From an uncultured Gammaproteobacteria bacterium (GTDB lineage: Bacteria; Patescibacteriota; Microgenomatia; UBA10105; UBA927): a stretch of DNA of 64,000 nucleotides. The translations under genes and the position numbers were made by a program. The notes beneath the pieces are model-generated. The model had not been told where the DNA came from, did not search any database, and saw only the letters and a program-made list of their open reading frames with translations. The stretch spans positions 5,408 to 69,407 of the forward strand of contig CAYGFH010000001.1 in NCBI GenBank assembly GCA_964349125.1, read 5' to 3'. This document shows, in pieces, positions 33,416 through 41,727 of the stretch. The stretch's first letter is position 1, and each line of letters starts with the position of its first letter.

Positions 33416-34324
33416 TTACATTGACCGTAGTGCTTTTATGCGATCTGCAATCGGAGGATGGGTATCAAACAGTCCGGAAAACCAGGCTCCGAATTCTTTT
33501 CCCTTAAACGGATTGGCGATAAATAAATGGGCAGTGGCGTTTGTGGCTGCCTCAAGTACTTCATGATCCTTGGAGAGTTTTTCAAGCGCCCTGGCAAGTC
33601 CTTCAGGATACCGTGTAAGCAAAGCAGCAGAGGCATCCGCCAGGAACTCCCGCTTACGCGACACAGCAAGCTGGATAAGCGTGGCAATAATTGGAGAAAC
33701 GATAGCAAGCACAATGCCGACAATCATCAAGATCCCCTGCAACTGACTATTGTCATCATCGCGGCTTCGTCTGTGACCGCCCCACCAGAGGCTTCGCATA
33801 AACATATCCGCCAAAAATGCGATGGTACCGGCCAAGACCGCCACTATGGCCATCAGGCGGATATCATAGTTTTTTATATGAGACAATTCATGCGCAATCA
33901 CTCCCTCTAATTCCCGCCTATCCAATCGATGTATCAACCCGCTGGTCGCGCAGACGATAGAGTGTTCCGGATCTCTCCCAGAAGCAAACGCATTCATCGC
34001 CGTATCTTCAATCACATAGAGTTTTGGCTTCGGAATTCCAGCCGCAATACAGAGATTTTCAGTCACCGTATAGAGGTCAAAATCCCGTTTGCGGTCTGCG
34101 GGTCTCGCACCTGACATAGATAACACGATTTGATCGCCCCAATAGTAACTGACAAAGCTGGAGACTACAGAAAATACGACTGCAATCCCCATCCATGAAT
34201 TGCCGTACCCGAGGGCGTTGCCCATCACGTATCCTGCAAGTACCACAAACACGACAAACCCCGCCATAAAGGCGTATGATTTTGCGATATTTGAACGAAT
34301 CTGAGAATGAATTGACAGTGCCAT
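33416..34324 (-). CDS. htpX: M48 zinc metalloprotease HtpX-like
   Basis: 302 aa with TM helices and HELSHIKNYD (HEXXH). Confidence 0.8.
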   Translation of the reverse strand: MALSIHSQIRSNIAKSYAFMAGFVVFVVLAGYVMGNALGYGNSWMGIAVVFSVVSSFVSYYWGDQIVLSMSGARPADRKRDFDLYTVTENLCIAAGIPKPKLYVIEDTAMNAFASGRDPEHSIVCATSGLIHRLDRRELEGVIAHELSHIKNYDIRLMAIVAVLAGTIAFLADMFMRSLWWGGHRRSRDDDNSQLQGILMIVGIVLAIVSPIIATLIQLAVSRKREFLADASAALLTRYPEGLARALEKLSKDHEVLEAATNATAHLFIANPFKGKEFGAWFSGLFDTHPPIADRIKALRSM

Positions 34325-34416
34325 AGTTACCTACCTTTGGGCCTGCGGCCACATCTGAAGCGAAGACAGGTTCCCTTTCCAGATTCGGACACAGGACTGT
34401 TGGGATACACCTTTTT

Positions 34417-34971
34417 TTAGAAGCTCACTTTTACGTTCTTTCTTTCCGCTTCCTCTGTTTTGAAAAATTCTTTTTCTGTAAATCCGAACATGCCCACAAG
34501 CATATTGTTCGGGAATACCTTTACCTTTAGGTTGTATTCCATAAGCTGTGTGTTATAAAACTGTCTGGCGTAGGCCACTTTGTCCTCTGTGTCAGACAAT
34601 TCTTTTTGCAGTTGGATAAACCCATCATTTGCTTTGAGCTGCGGATAGCTTTCCGCCACCGCAAACAAACTTTTGAGTGCACCTGTAAGCATATCATCAG
34701 CTTTTGCCGAAGCTGCAGGCGTATCAGCATTCATTACGGCAGTACGCGCCTTCGTGACATCGGTAAATACGCTCTTTTCATGCTTTGCGTATCCTTTTAC
34801 CGTTTCTACAAGATTTGGGATTAGGTCTGTGCGACGCTTAAGTTGGATATCTATCTGCCCCCACGCTTCGTCGATCTGGGTAGACTCGGTCACAAGACTG
34901 TTATACAGTGACCAAACATACGCGGCGATTAGTGCGACTATGCCGACTACTATCCACATTGGAGTTAACAT
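34417..34971 (-). CDS. lemA: LemA family protein
   Basis: 184 aa with N-terminal TM helix and LemA-like sequence; classic lemA-htpX pairing. Confidence 0.8.
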   Translation of the reverse strand: MLTPMWIVVGIVALIAAYVWSLYNSLVTESTQIDEAWGQIDIQLKRRTDLIPNLVETVKGYAKHEKSVFTDVTKARTAVMNADTPAASAKADDMLTGALKSLFAVAESYPQLKANDGFIQLQKELSDTEDKVAYARQFYNTQLMEYNLKVKVFPNNMLVGMFGFTEKEFFKTEEAERKNVKVSF

Positions 34972-35053
34972 ACGAACCTCACTTTCCGTTATATTGCTGA
35001 ATTGTTACATTGTGTATTACTGCAATACAACAATAAATCAATAAAACTAGAGA

Positions 35054-36922
35054 CTATGTTCGTTTCAACCACTTAGAAAATCCAGTATACCCTATTGTGT
35101 TCAAAATGTCACGAGGCGTTGCCCAACCGCGTCTTGCGACATCTACCCCATAAGGCATTAATAGTAACTGGTCGATTGCATGGGCATCGGTGTCTATACA
35201 AAAACGGATTCCCTGCAGCCTCGCTTCATATACCACCGCGTCAGATACATCCAAGCGAGAAGGATTTGCATTTATCTCAAGCGCTATGTCGCGTTCTTTG
35301 CAGACTGCATAAATTTCACTCCATTTAAACGCTACACTGTCGCGTTTCCCGAGCAGCCGTCCTGTCGGGTGACCGAATATCCGTACTTTCGGATGCGTCT
35401 GTAGCGCGCGTACGACTCTGGCGGTCATCTGTTCGCTTGATTGGGCGAAACTGGAATGGATAGAAACGACGACTGCATCTACGAATTCAAATGCTTCCGG
35501 AGGAAGAGCGAGTTCACCATCCGGCGATATATCTACTTCACACATGACAAACAGTTCAGGCACAGTGGTTTTCGGATGTGCCTTTTGTACCAGCTTTTTC
35601 CATGCATCATGTCTCCTGGTGTACTCTGCCATGCGTTTTTCCATAATATGGGCAATCTGTGCAGCACTATGGTTTCCGACACTCGGGTTATGATCACTAA
35701 ATCCCATATACTCGTATCCGAGTGAGAGAGCGCTGTCCAAATTTTCCTCAATGCTGTTGGCCCCTATGTCGTGGGAAGATGAAAGATCGTACGATGAATG
35801 CAAGTGCACATCACCGCGGATATCGGAAGGTTGTACAAGCGTGGGTAATTCGCTTTTGGTGCCAAGAGCCGCATCCACTTCTCCACGATCCTCACGAATC
35901 TCAGGCGGTACCCACTCAAGCCCAAGGAAGTTATATAACCCTTCTTCAGTTTGAAATGTATACAGTTGTTTTTCAGAATCAAATGCGATGCCTTTTTTCG
36001 TATGTTCACCATCATGAGCTGCTTTTTTCTTATGCTCACCCACCACTTTCAGCCCGTATTCATTGAGAGAATAACCCAGGGACAGTGCATGTTCCCGGAG
36101 CCGTATATTATGCGCCTTACTCCCTGTAAAGTACTGCAACATGGCTCCGTATAGCTCGGGTAACTGTACCCGCAAATCCACCTGTCGACCGTTGTGTAAA
36201 AGGAGCGATGCTCCCGTTGGACCCTGTTCTATGAGTTTCTGATGCGGATACTGCAAAAAACGGTCTATCACGGATTGCGGATCACGGGTAGCCACCGCGA
36301 TATCTATATCGCCAATCGTAGAGACTCGTCGCCTCAGGCTTCCCAATGTAGTGGATAGTGTAAACTTTGTCTCTTTGCGCAGAAAATCCATGACTTCCGA
36401 TGCGATGCGGTCAGCTTCTGAGATGAGGATTCTATGTTCTTTTATCTGCCCCCGTTTGTAGGCCTCGATATTTACCACAATATCCGCCTCTGATTTTTCA
36501 CCAAATCCTTCCAGCTCTGCTATTTTGTGGGCATTGGCAGCCTTTTCCAGATCCTCAACCACATTTTTTTCATCATCCAGATGTAGTTCCGTCACTAGCC
36601 TATACGCTTTCTTTGGGCCGATCCCGGGGACGAGCAGGAGCGGAAAGATTGATGCAGGGACTCCGGAAAGTATTTGCTCAAACTGCGGGACTTTCCCGGT
36701 GGTAAATAGATCATTCAAATGGCTTGCTATGGTTTTGCCCACGCCGCCAATATCATCAAGTTTCCCATCTTTCCAGATATCCTCCACCTGTTCTGTCAGC
36801 TGTTCTATGTTATCCGCAGCTTTTTCGTACGCAATTATTTTGAAGCGGTTTTGGTTTTGAATCAGATACGCGGCTGCAATTTTTCGAAGCAGTGCGGCAA
36901 TTTCCAGATTAGTCATATGCAT
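35054..36922 (-). CDS. polX: DNA polymerase X family protein with C-terminal PHP phosphoesterase domain
   Basis: 622 aa with HhH motifs (GIGPKKA), Pol-beta palm ([16 protein letters not shown]) and a PHP His cluster (DVHLHSSYD). Confidence 0.8.
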   Translation of the reverse strand: MHMTNLEIAALLRKIAAAYLIQNQNRFKIIAYEKAADNIEQLTEQVEDIWKDGKLDDIGGVGKTIASHLNDLFTTGKVPQFEQILSGVPASIFPLLLVPGIGPKKAYRLVTELHLDDEKNVVEDLEKAANAHKIAELEGFGEKSEADIVVNIEAYKRGQIKEHRILISEADRIASEVMDFLRKETKFTLSTTLGSLRRRVSTIGDIDIAVATRDPQSVIDRFLQYPHQKLIEQGPTGASLLLHNGRQVDLRVQLPELYGAMLQYFTGSKAHNIRLREHALSLGYSLNEYGLKVVGEHKKKAAHDGEHTKKGIAFDSEKQLYTFQTEEGLYNFLGLEWVPPEIREDRGEVDAALGTKSELPTLVQPSDIRGDVHLHSSYDLSSSHDIGANSIEENLDSALSLGYEYMGFSDHNPSVGNHSAAQIAHIMEKRMAEYTRRHDAWKKLVQKAHPKTTVPELFVMCEVDISPDGELALPPEAFEFVDAVVVSIHSSFAQSSEQMTARVVRALQTHPKVRIFGHPTGRLLGKRDSVAFKWSEIYAVCKERDIALEINANPSRLDVSDAVVYEARLQGIRFCIDTDAHAIDQLLLMPYGVDVARRGWATPRDILNTIGYTGFSKWLKRT

Positions 36923-37112
36923 ATACTACTAAACAGTTGTATGTGTTGTCTTCCCCTATTTTCTGTGTATGATACACCACGAGCCCTCATGCTCCGCCTT
37001 GTGATAGGCTCAATTTTCTATTATAATAAGCAGTAATTCCAATATTTATTTCCAATCAGAAATGTTTGGAAATTGAAAATTGTTATTTGAAAATTAAATT
37101 TTTCAGTATATT

Positions 37113-37187
37113 GGGGTTGTAGCTCAGCCTGGTTAGAGCGTCCGCCTGTCACGCGGAAGGTCGCGGGTTCGAACCCCGTCAGCCCCG
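37113..37187 (+). tRNA. tRNA-Asp (anticodon GTC)
   Basis: Manual cloverleaf: acceptor ggggttg/cagcccc, anticodon loop ctGTCac, T-loop ttcgaac; 75 nt with no encoded CCA. Confidence 0.85.
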
Positions 37188-37189
37188 CA

Positions 37190-37228
37190 TTAGAAATTTC
37201 TTAGAGAGCAAAGCGAACTTAGAAATTT
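37190..37228 (+). repeat. 11-bp direct repeat TTAGAAATTTC x2 (17-bp spacer) immediately 3' of tRNA-Asp
   Basis: Direct reading; a related TTAGAAATT motif recurs at 38523. Confidence 0.6.
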
Positions 37229-37342
37229 CAATGCTCACCATTCATCGCTCTGTGAGCCGTTAGGCGAACAGTAAGATGTGGCGGGCAGCGGGGTTTATTG
37301 TTCACCTTGCATCCGAAGATTTTCTAATCTACTTGCCCCGGA

Positions 37343-37377
37343 AAAATCACTTTATATCGTGATCACAAAGTGATTTT
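37343..37377 (+). promoter_or_regulatory. 35-bp nested palindrome aaaatcacttt-atatc-GTGATCAC-aaagtgatttt upstream of the LysM gene
   Basis: 11-bp perfect inverted repeat enclosing the palindromic octamer GTGATCAC; about 30 bp before the GGAGGA SD and ATG at 37410. Confidence 0.5.
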
Positions 37378-37409
37378 ACGTTCTGCCTAGAACTGGAGGA
37401 ACCTCATAT

Positions 37410-37958
37410 ATGTGGAAATCAATAAAAAATAGTTTCGAAACCCCTGATTCCTATGTCTCACTCGCTCTTGGACTCGCTGTCGTACTGGTTGTCGGGATGA
37501 TTACTATGAATTATTTCAAAACAACCAAGCTGCAGTCAGAAAAAGAGGCACAGAAACAAGCGGAAATCACTGCGCAGGCTGCTGCACTCCCGATGAAATA
37601 TACGGTAGTCGAAGGCGACACGCTGTGGTCAATTTCAGAAAAGCTATACAAAAGTGGATATAACTGGGTAGATATTGCACGGGAAAACAAACTCACTGAT
37701 GCCTCGCATATCGAGAAAGATCAGGTGTTGTTAATCCCTGATGCCAAACCAATCGCCGTAGCGATGGGTGAAGTATCAGCAGCATCCACGGAATTGAAGC
37801 AGGAGAAAAGACAGTACAAAGTAGTCCAGGGAGACAGTCTCTGGTCTATCGCGGTCAAGCAGTATAACGATGGGTACAAATGGGTATCTATCGCTACTGC
37901 AAACAATCTTTCAAATCCGGATGTTATATTCGCCGGAACTGATTTGATGTTGCCATAG
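37410..37958 (+). CDS. membrane-anchored protein with two LysM peptidoglycan-binding domains
   Basis: 182 aa; TM helix, then two repeats of YTVVEGDTLWSISEKLY / YKVVQGDSLWSIAVKQY (LysM). Confidence 0.75.
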   Translation: MWKSIKNSFETPDSYVSLALGLAVVLVVGMITMNYFKTTKLQSEKEAQKQAEITAQAAALPMKYTVVEGDTLWSISEKLYKSGYNWVDIARENKLTDASHIEKDQVLLIPDAKPIAVAMGEVSAASTELKQEKRQYKVVQGDSLWSIAVKQYNDGYKWVSIATANNLSNPDVIFAGTDLMLP

Positions 37959-37988
37959 CAATTTGATATAAAAATTCTCAATCTTGTA

Positions 37989-38017
37989 TTGAGAGGTATA
38001 AAAATAACCTTTATAAT
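37989..38017 (+). promoter_or_regulatory. near-consensus sigma-70 promoter (TTGAGA-17 nt-TATAAT) driving the composite tRNA/GIY-YIG transcript
   Basis: Direct reading of ttgagaggtataaaaataaccttTATAAT. Confidence 0.45.
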
Positions 38018-38063
38018 AGCGATATAGTGGAAAAGCGTCCACGTATCGCTATTTGTGAGGTTC

Positions 38064-38116
38064 GCGGGATTAGTACACCGGTAGTAGCCCCGCCAACGGC
38101 GGGGAGAAGCGAGTTC
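38064..38116 (+). other. 5' portion (acceptor, D arm, anticodon arm, half of T arm) of a Gly-like tRNA paralogue, truncated in the T-loop by the GIY-YIG insertion
   Basis: gcgggattagtacaccggtagtag-ccccgccaacggcgggg-agaa-gcgag-ttcg, then the ORF ATG. The missing 3' part is found at 38436-38484. Confidence 0.55.
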
Positions 38117-38119
38117 GGT

Positions 38120-38374
38120 ATGTACTTTATGTATATATTGTCAAATGACCTATCTGGTAAGCACTATATAGGTTCGACAAATAACTTGGAACGCAGATTA
38201 GACGAACATAATCGAGGACAAACAAAATCAACAAAAAAAACTGGAAAATGGAGTATTATCTATACCGAACAATTTATGTCCGGTATAGATGCAAAGAGAA
38301 GAGAACAGCAGGTAAAATCATATAAAGGCGGTAATGCATTTAAGAAATTAATTGCGGGTATAGTACACTGGTAG
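38120..38374 (+). CDS. small standalone GIY-YIG (URI-domain) nuclease, 84 aa
   Basis: MYFMYILSNDLSGKHYIGSTNNLERRLDEHNRGQ...KREQQVKSYKGG matches the GIY-YIG catalytic core (YILxxxxGxxYIG, R, E). The last 21 nt overlap the 5' end of tRNA-Gly. Confidence 0.75.
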   Translation: MYFMYILSNDLSGKHYIGSTNNLERRLDEHNRGQTKSTKKTGKWSIIYTEQFMSGIDAKRREQQVKSYKGGNAFKKLIAGIVHW

Positions 38375-38424
38375 TATGCGACCTTCCCAAGGTTGAGAAG
38401 AGGGTTCGATTCCCTTTACCCGCT
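38354..38424 (+). tRNA. tRNA-Gly (anticodon CCC)
   Basis: Manual cloverleaf: acceptor gcgggta/tacccgc, anticodon loop ttCCCaa, T-loop ttcgatt, discriminator U; 71 nt. Confidence 0.8.
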
Positions 38425-38435
38425 CACGTAGTATG

Positions 38436-38484
38436 TCCCGCCAACGGCGGGAAGAAGCGAGTTCGATTCTCGTATCCCGCTCCA
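38436..38484 (+). other. 3' portion (anticodon arm to CCA) of the Gly-like tRNA paralogue; completes the fragment at 38064-38116
   Basis: tcccgccaacggcggga-agaa-gcgag-ttcgatt-ctcgt-atcccgc-t-CCA. The acceptor 3' strand pairs with gcgggat at 38064. There is a 30-bp direct repeat with 38088-38117. Confidence 0.55.
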
Positions 38485-38488
38485 AAAA

Positions 38489-38515
38489 AGAGGCCCTTTG
38501 GGGTCTTTTTTTTTG
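38489..38515 (+). terminator. rho-independent terminator
   Basis: gaggccc-tttg-gggtctt stem-loop followed by a T9 run. Confidence 0.6.
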
Positions 38516-38652
38516 GAGTTGAGTTAGAAATTGAAGCGGAACGCTTCGATATCCAGCGAATAGTGGACACGAACGAAGCGAGGCTCACTATCGCGCCAGA
38601 TATATGAGGAAGCGCAGTTTTTTCAGAAACGTAATGAAATTACTCTGAAAAA

Positions 38653-38684
38653 GCGAGCAAGCTCATATTCTCGTATCCCGCTCA
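38653..38684 (+). other. relic third copy of the tRNA 3' end (gcgag...attctcgtatcccgctca) with a disrupted T-loop
   Basis: Shares aagcgag and attctcgtatcccgctc with 38457-38483, but ttcg is replaced by caagctcat. Confidence 0.4.
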
Positions 38685-38687
38685 AAC

Positions 38688-38718
38688 AGAAAAAAACGGC
38701 CGTAAGGTCGTTTTTTTG
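38688..38718 (+). terminator. rho-independent terminator
   Basis: acggcc-gtaa-ggtcgt stem-loop followed by a T7 run. Confidence 0.55.
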
Positions 38719-38806
38719 TTTGTATGGATATGCAGATGATGCACTCGTTGAGTTCGACAGTGACCTGCGAAGCTCGAAAGAGCGAAGTGGGATTTCTCTA
38801 TCCGCA

Positions 38807-39085
38807 TCACATCCGTTGTGACTTGGGCAGCACGCTTTCCAGTTGGGTCTGGTTTATTAATTCTTTCAGCAATGGGACCGTTTTGAGGTTAGCGATCATA
38901 TATGTGAGCACTGCCAATACTATAGATACGCCAATTGTCGTTCCGAGTCCAAATGAAATTCCCTGTAGGAAACTTTTCCCAATCAATTCACGGGGTGTGG
39001 GATATACACGGTCAACAGCGCGGATAAATTTATCCAGTTGCGACCACTTTTCTGGTTTTCGAGCTTTCATATTGTTAGTATACAA
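38807..39085 (-). CDS. hypothetical small membrane protein, 92 aa
   Basis: Single hydrophobic stretch FLQGISFGLGTTIGVSIVLAVLTYMI; AT-rich island. Confidence 0.4.
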   Translation of the reverse strand: MYTNNMKARKPEKWSQLDKFIRAVDRVYPTPRELIGKSFLQGISFGLGTTIGVSIVLAVLTYMIANLKTVPLLKELINQTQLESVLPKSQRM

Positions 39086-39109
39086 GATTTTTTCAACTAT
39101 TCCGATCTA

Positions 39110-39829
39110 CTATTTTAGAGACCCTCGCCTACCACCGTCATAGGCTGCCATATCTTCGGGTTTTGTAGATGTCGATTCTATAATCGAACGTTGTTCTGTG
39201 AAATACGCTTTGTTGTCATGATAAAACTGTTCATCACTCACATAGGGCACAGCCCCATCTTCATACCTGGCAAAGTGCTTTTGAAATAAACTGATAATCA
39301 GTTCCTCTCTCTGCGGAAGTATTTTTCCATTTGCTGGATTACTTAACGGATTGGGTTCATATGAATATCCTGGTCCAAAGAATTTACGAAGTATTACCTC
39401 GATACGAGGATAGTGTTGTGTATCAGAATTGTAAGTAAATCGCCTCCACTCCGGATGTTGCTCTCGTATGTAGTGGAGCATGGCACCTGCTTCGGATGCA
39501 GTATCGAAGCCTGCTTTCATAGGAACAACATTCTTAAAATCATCATGCCCTTCGCTCAGTAATATTGCATGAGTTTCTGACATAGATTCATCAGGATATA
39601 CAAGTCCTGTATGATAATTAACTTGTGCTCCACCTACTAATATCGGAGTATCGCTGTCTATCAATCCAGCGTCTCGCAAACTATAAATTTGCAAAATCCT
39701 TCCGATGCTTAGTGTGTTTGGTCTGTAATGCGTTTCCAGGGAATTGAGTGTTACCCCTCCCATAAAACATAATATCGCGTCAGAATCGAGTCTATCCATG
39801 CCTGTAATTATACTATTTTTGGGCGCCAT
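39110..39829 (-). CDS. DUF218 (YdcF/SanA/ElyC-like) domain protein
   Basis: AILCFMGGV, PILVGGAQ and DTASEAGAM resemble the DUF218 Rossmann-like motifs. Confidence 0.45.
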   Translation of the reverse strand: MAPKNSIITGMDRLDSDAILCFMGGVTLNSLETHYRPNTLSIGRILQIYSLRDAGLIDSDTPILVGGAQVNYHTGLVYPDESMSETHAILLSEGHDDFKNVVPMKAGFDTASEAGAMLHYIREQHPEWRRFTYNSDTQHYPRIEVILRKFFGPGYSYEPNPLSNPANGKILPQREELIISLFQKHFARYEDGAVPYVSDEQFYHDNKAYFTEQRSIIESTSTKPEDMAAYDGGRRGSLK

Positions 39830-39960
39830 CCCATAAATATTTTAAATTATGCATAAGGAGGTGGCGTTCGAAACTTACTATGTAGACCATCATAAATAGA
39901 TACTATTCATTTTTGTTATTAGGAAGCTTACTAGTATGGGGAGAATCTGACTAATAAAAA

Positions 39961-41643
39961 CTATTGATCTCTTGCTTCGAAAAGAAGGCCAACAGGTGAT
40001 CTCGAGAGCTTATTCTTCTCATCTAATAATTCTTTGCCTTTTTTCCACAAATCTTTACCAGATGTAACACCTATAATACCAGCAAGAGCAGAAGTAATAG
40101 ATATAGGCACGTTGCCAGTTGATGCTGCGGCGATCGATATTCCGCCAGCAACAAGCCACGGAGCTATATCGAATCCAAAATATTTTTTAACTCCGTTTGA
40201 ATGCTCCTTTAGTATTTTCATATGGTCAAAAAAAGCGTTATTAATGTTTCCAATAACCTCCCCTACTGTTTCTTGGTAAGTTTTTTCGTTGGCATCTTGA
40301 ATATTTACTATCCCTTTGCTGAATAGTTCCCTTAACTCGTTTAATGCACCTTCTTGTCTAAGTTTAATAAGTGCATCGTGCGGTACGTTCCCCAACCACT
40401 CCAATCTGTTACTTTGTAAAGCGTTTACGAGCATTATGTTTTTTAATTCAGGATTGACTTCCTCAGATTTTTCTCTATCGTACTCGTACTTCCATAGAAA
40501 ATATTTCCATGACGTAGGAGCATCAATAAAGGGTACACCATGTAATGAGTTTGCTTTGTAAAGCATTTCACCAATTTGCATCATTCGCCCTATCATTGAG
40601 AATTTTACTATTTCACCAACTGTGTAACCTTTTGGATAAGAAATACCCATTGATCCATCTTGTGATTTTTCCCATTGCTCAAGGAAAGGCAGTTTATCCC
40701 AATCCGTATCAAAAAGTATTCTTCCTGGTGCTTTGAGCTTTTTTTCAAGTTCTTCAGCAGTTTTTATACCCGAAACATATTTATTTAAATCATTAGTATT
40801 TTTAAAACTCATTCCGAATGCGTATTCCAAATGAGTTAATACATCTTGTTCGCCAACTGATGCGATAAATTTTGTAACACGTTCATCTAGGATAAATGGA
40901 TCAGGAGCAATAATTGCCAAAGGTGGATTTACATCAGCAAGCACCAAGTCTTTAAGACTTAAAGCAGATATTGCATGTTTTGCCAAGTAGTATGCTGCTT
41001 TTTCTGGCGTTACATACTTCATAAACGATGCCACTCGGAGCATCGGATCTGGCAATATTGTTGTATCAACATATAATCCTGCACTCGAAAGAGTGTTTTT
41101 TCTATAGCTCGGAAATATATCACCGCCATAAATTGTCTTTAATCCTTTTAGATCTTGGATATGAACACGTACAGCATCTCCAAATGTTTGCCAGAATTCG
41201 AGTATTCCATTTTTAAAATTTTCTGCATCCAAAGACAACGCTTTTACCAAAGATGGTTTTTCAGACATCTCCATTGCGATAACATGAGGGCTTACATTAT
41301 GCTTTAACATCTCTTGGTATGGATGTTCAAAGTACAATTCGAGGATATGGAAATACTCTTCTTGTATTTGCTTTAAGGGAATTTTTCTCAGATCCTCTTC
41401 GTATTTCATCCAAGAAACAGTTTTAGCAAGAGATCTGACCAAGGTATCTACAGTATTTGGATTCACCTTTCCATCTGATGAGTATCTAACTTTTTTTAGA
41501 GATTCAATAACTTCTTTGTCTTTTATAAACTGTAATTTACCTGTTTCTAGGTAGTCTTTTAGGAGCATCATCCGGGCATTCAATTCTTCTCTATCGTTTG
41601 TGCTTGCCATATATTCGATCGTCAAACGATCGTATACTGTCAT
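39961..41643 (-). CDS. hypothetical protein of about 560 aa with C-terminal double-TM hairpin; no recognisable domain (ORFan-like)
   Basis: Long AT-rich ORF; start placed at MTVYDRLTIEYMAS to avoid overlap with the divergent HXXEE gene; C-terminus GFDIAPWLVAGGISIAAASTGNVPISITSALAGIIGVTSG. Confidence 0.55.
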   Translation of the reverse strand: MTVYDRLTIEYMASTNDREELNARMMLLKDYLETGKLQFIKDKEVIESLKKVRYSSDGKVNPNTVDTLVRSLAKTVSWMKYEEDLRKIPLKQIQEEYFHILELYFEHPYQEMLKHNVSPHVIAMEMSEKPSLVKALSLDAENFKNGILEFWQTFGDAVRVHIQDLKGLKTIYGGDIFPSYRKNTLSSAGLYVDTTILPDPMLRVASFMKYVTPEKAAYYLAKHAISALSLKDLVLADVNPPLAIIAPDPFILDERVTKFIASVGEQDVLTHLEYAFGMSFKNTNDLNKYVSGIKTAEELEKKLKAPGRILFDTDWDKLPFLEQWEKSQDGSMGISYPKGYTVGEIVKFSMIGRMMQIGEMLYKANSLHGVPFIDAPTSWKYFLWKYEYDREKSEEVNPELKNIMLVNALQSNRLEWLGNVPHDALIKLRQEGALNELRELFSKGIVNIQDANEKTYQETVGEVIGNINNAFFDHMKILKEHSNGVKKYFGFDIAPWLVAGGISIAAASTGNVPISITSALAGIIGVTSGKDLWKKGKELLDEKNKLSRSPVGLLFEARDQ

Positions 41644-41727
41644 TTCAATCGGCTTGGTTATTATCTGGCTACTGGATATAACAATCTTTGTCCTCCCCAT
41701 TCTACACTTTTTTGCTATAGTTACAAT

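Noticed and set aside
37188-37342. A second tRNA or tmRNA-like gene right after tRNA-Asp
   Set aside because: Some stem-loops exist (gctcac...gtgagc; cgggg...ccccg), but no cloverleaf with acceptor/T-arm pairing could be built by hand. Left as a repeat or regulatory region.
38027-38119. ORF-track N-terminal extension (MEKRPRIAICEVRGISTPVVAPPTAGRSEFG) of the GIY-YIG ORF
   Set aside because: It is read-through of the tRNA-like fragment and hairpin. The GIY-YIG family N-terminus MYFMYIL begins at 38120.
38117-38435. Group I intron with homing endonuclease inside a tRNA gene
   Set aside because: The insert is only about 320 bp including an 84-aa ORF and a whole tRNA-Gly. That leaves no room for a group I catalytic core, and the ORF has no DNA-binding domain. 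An integrated mini-element or rearrangement fits better.
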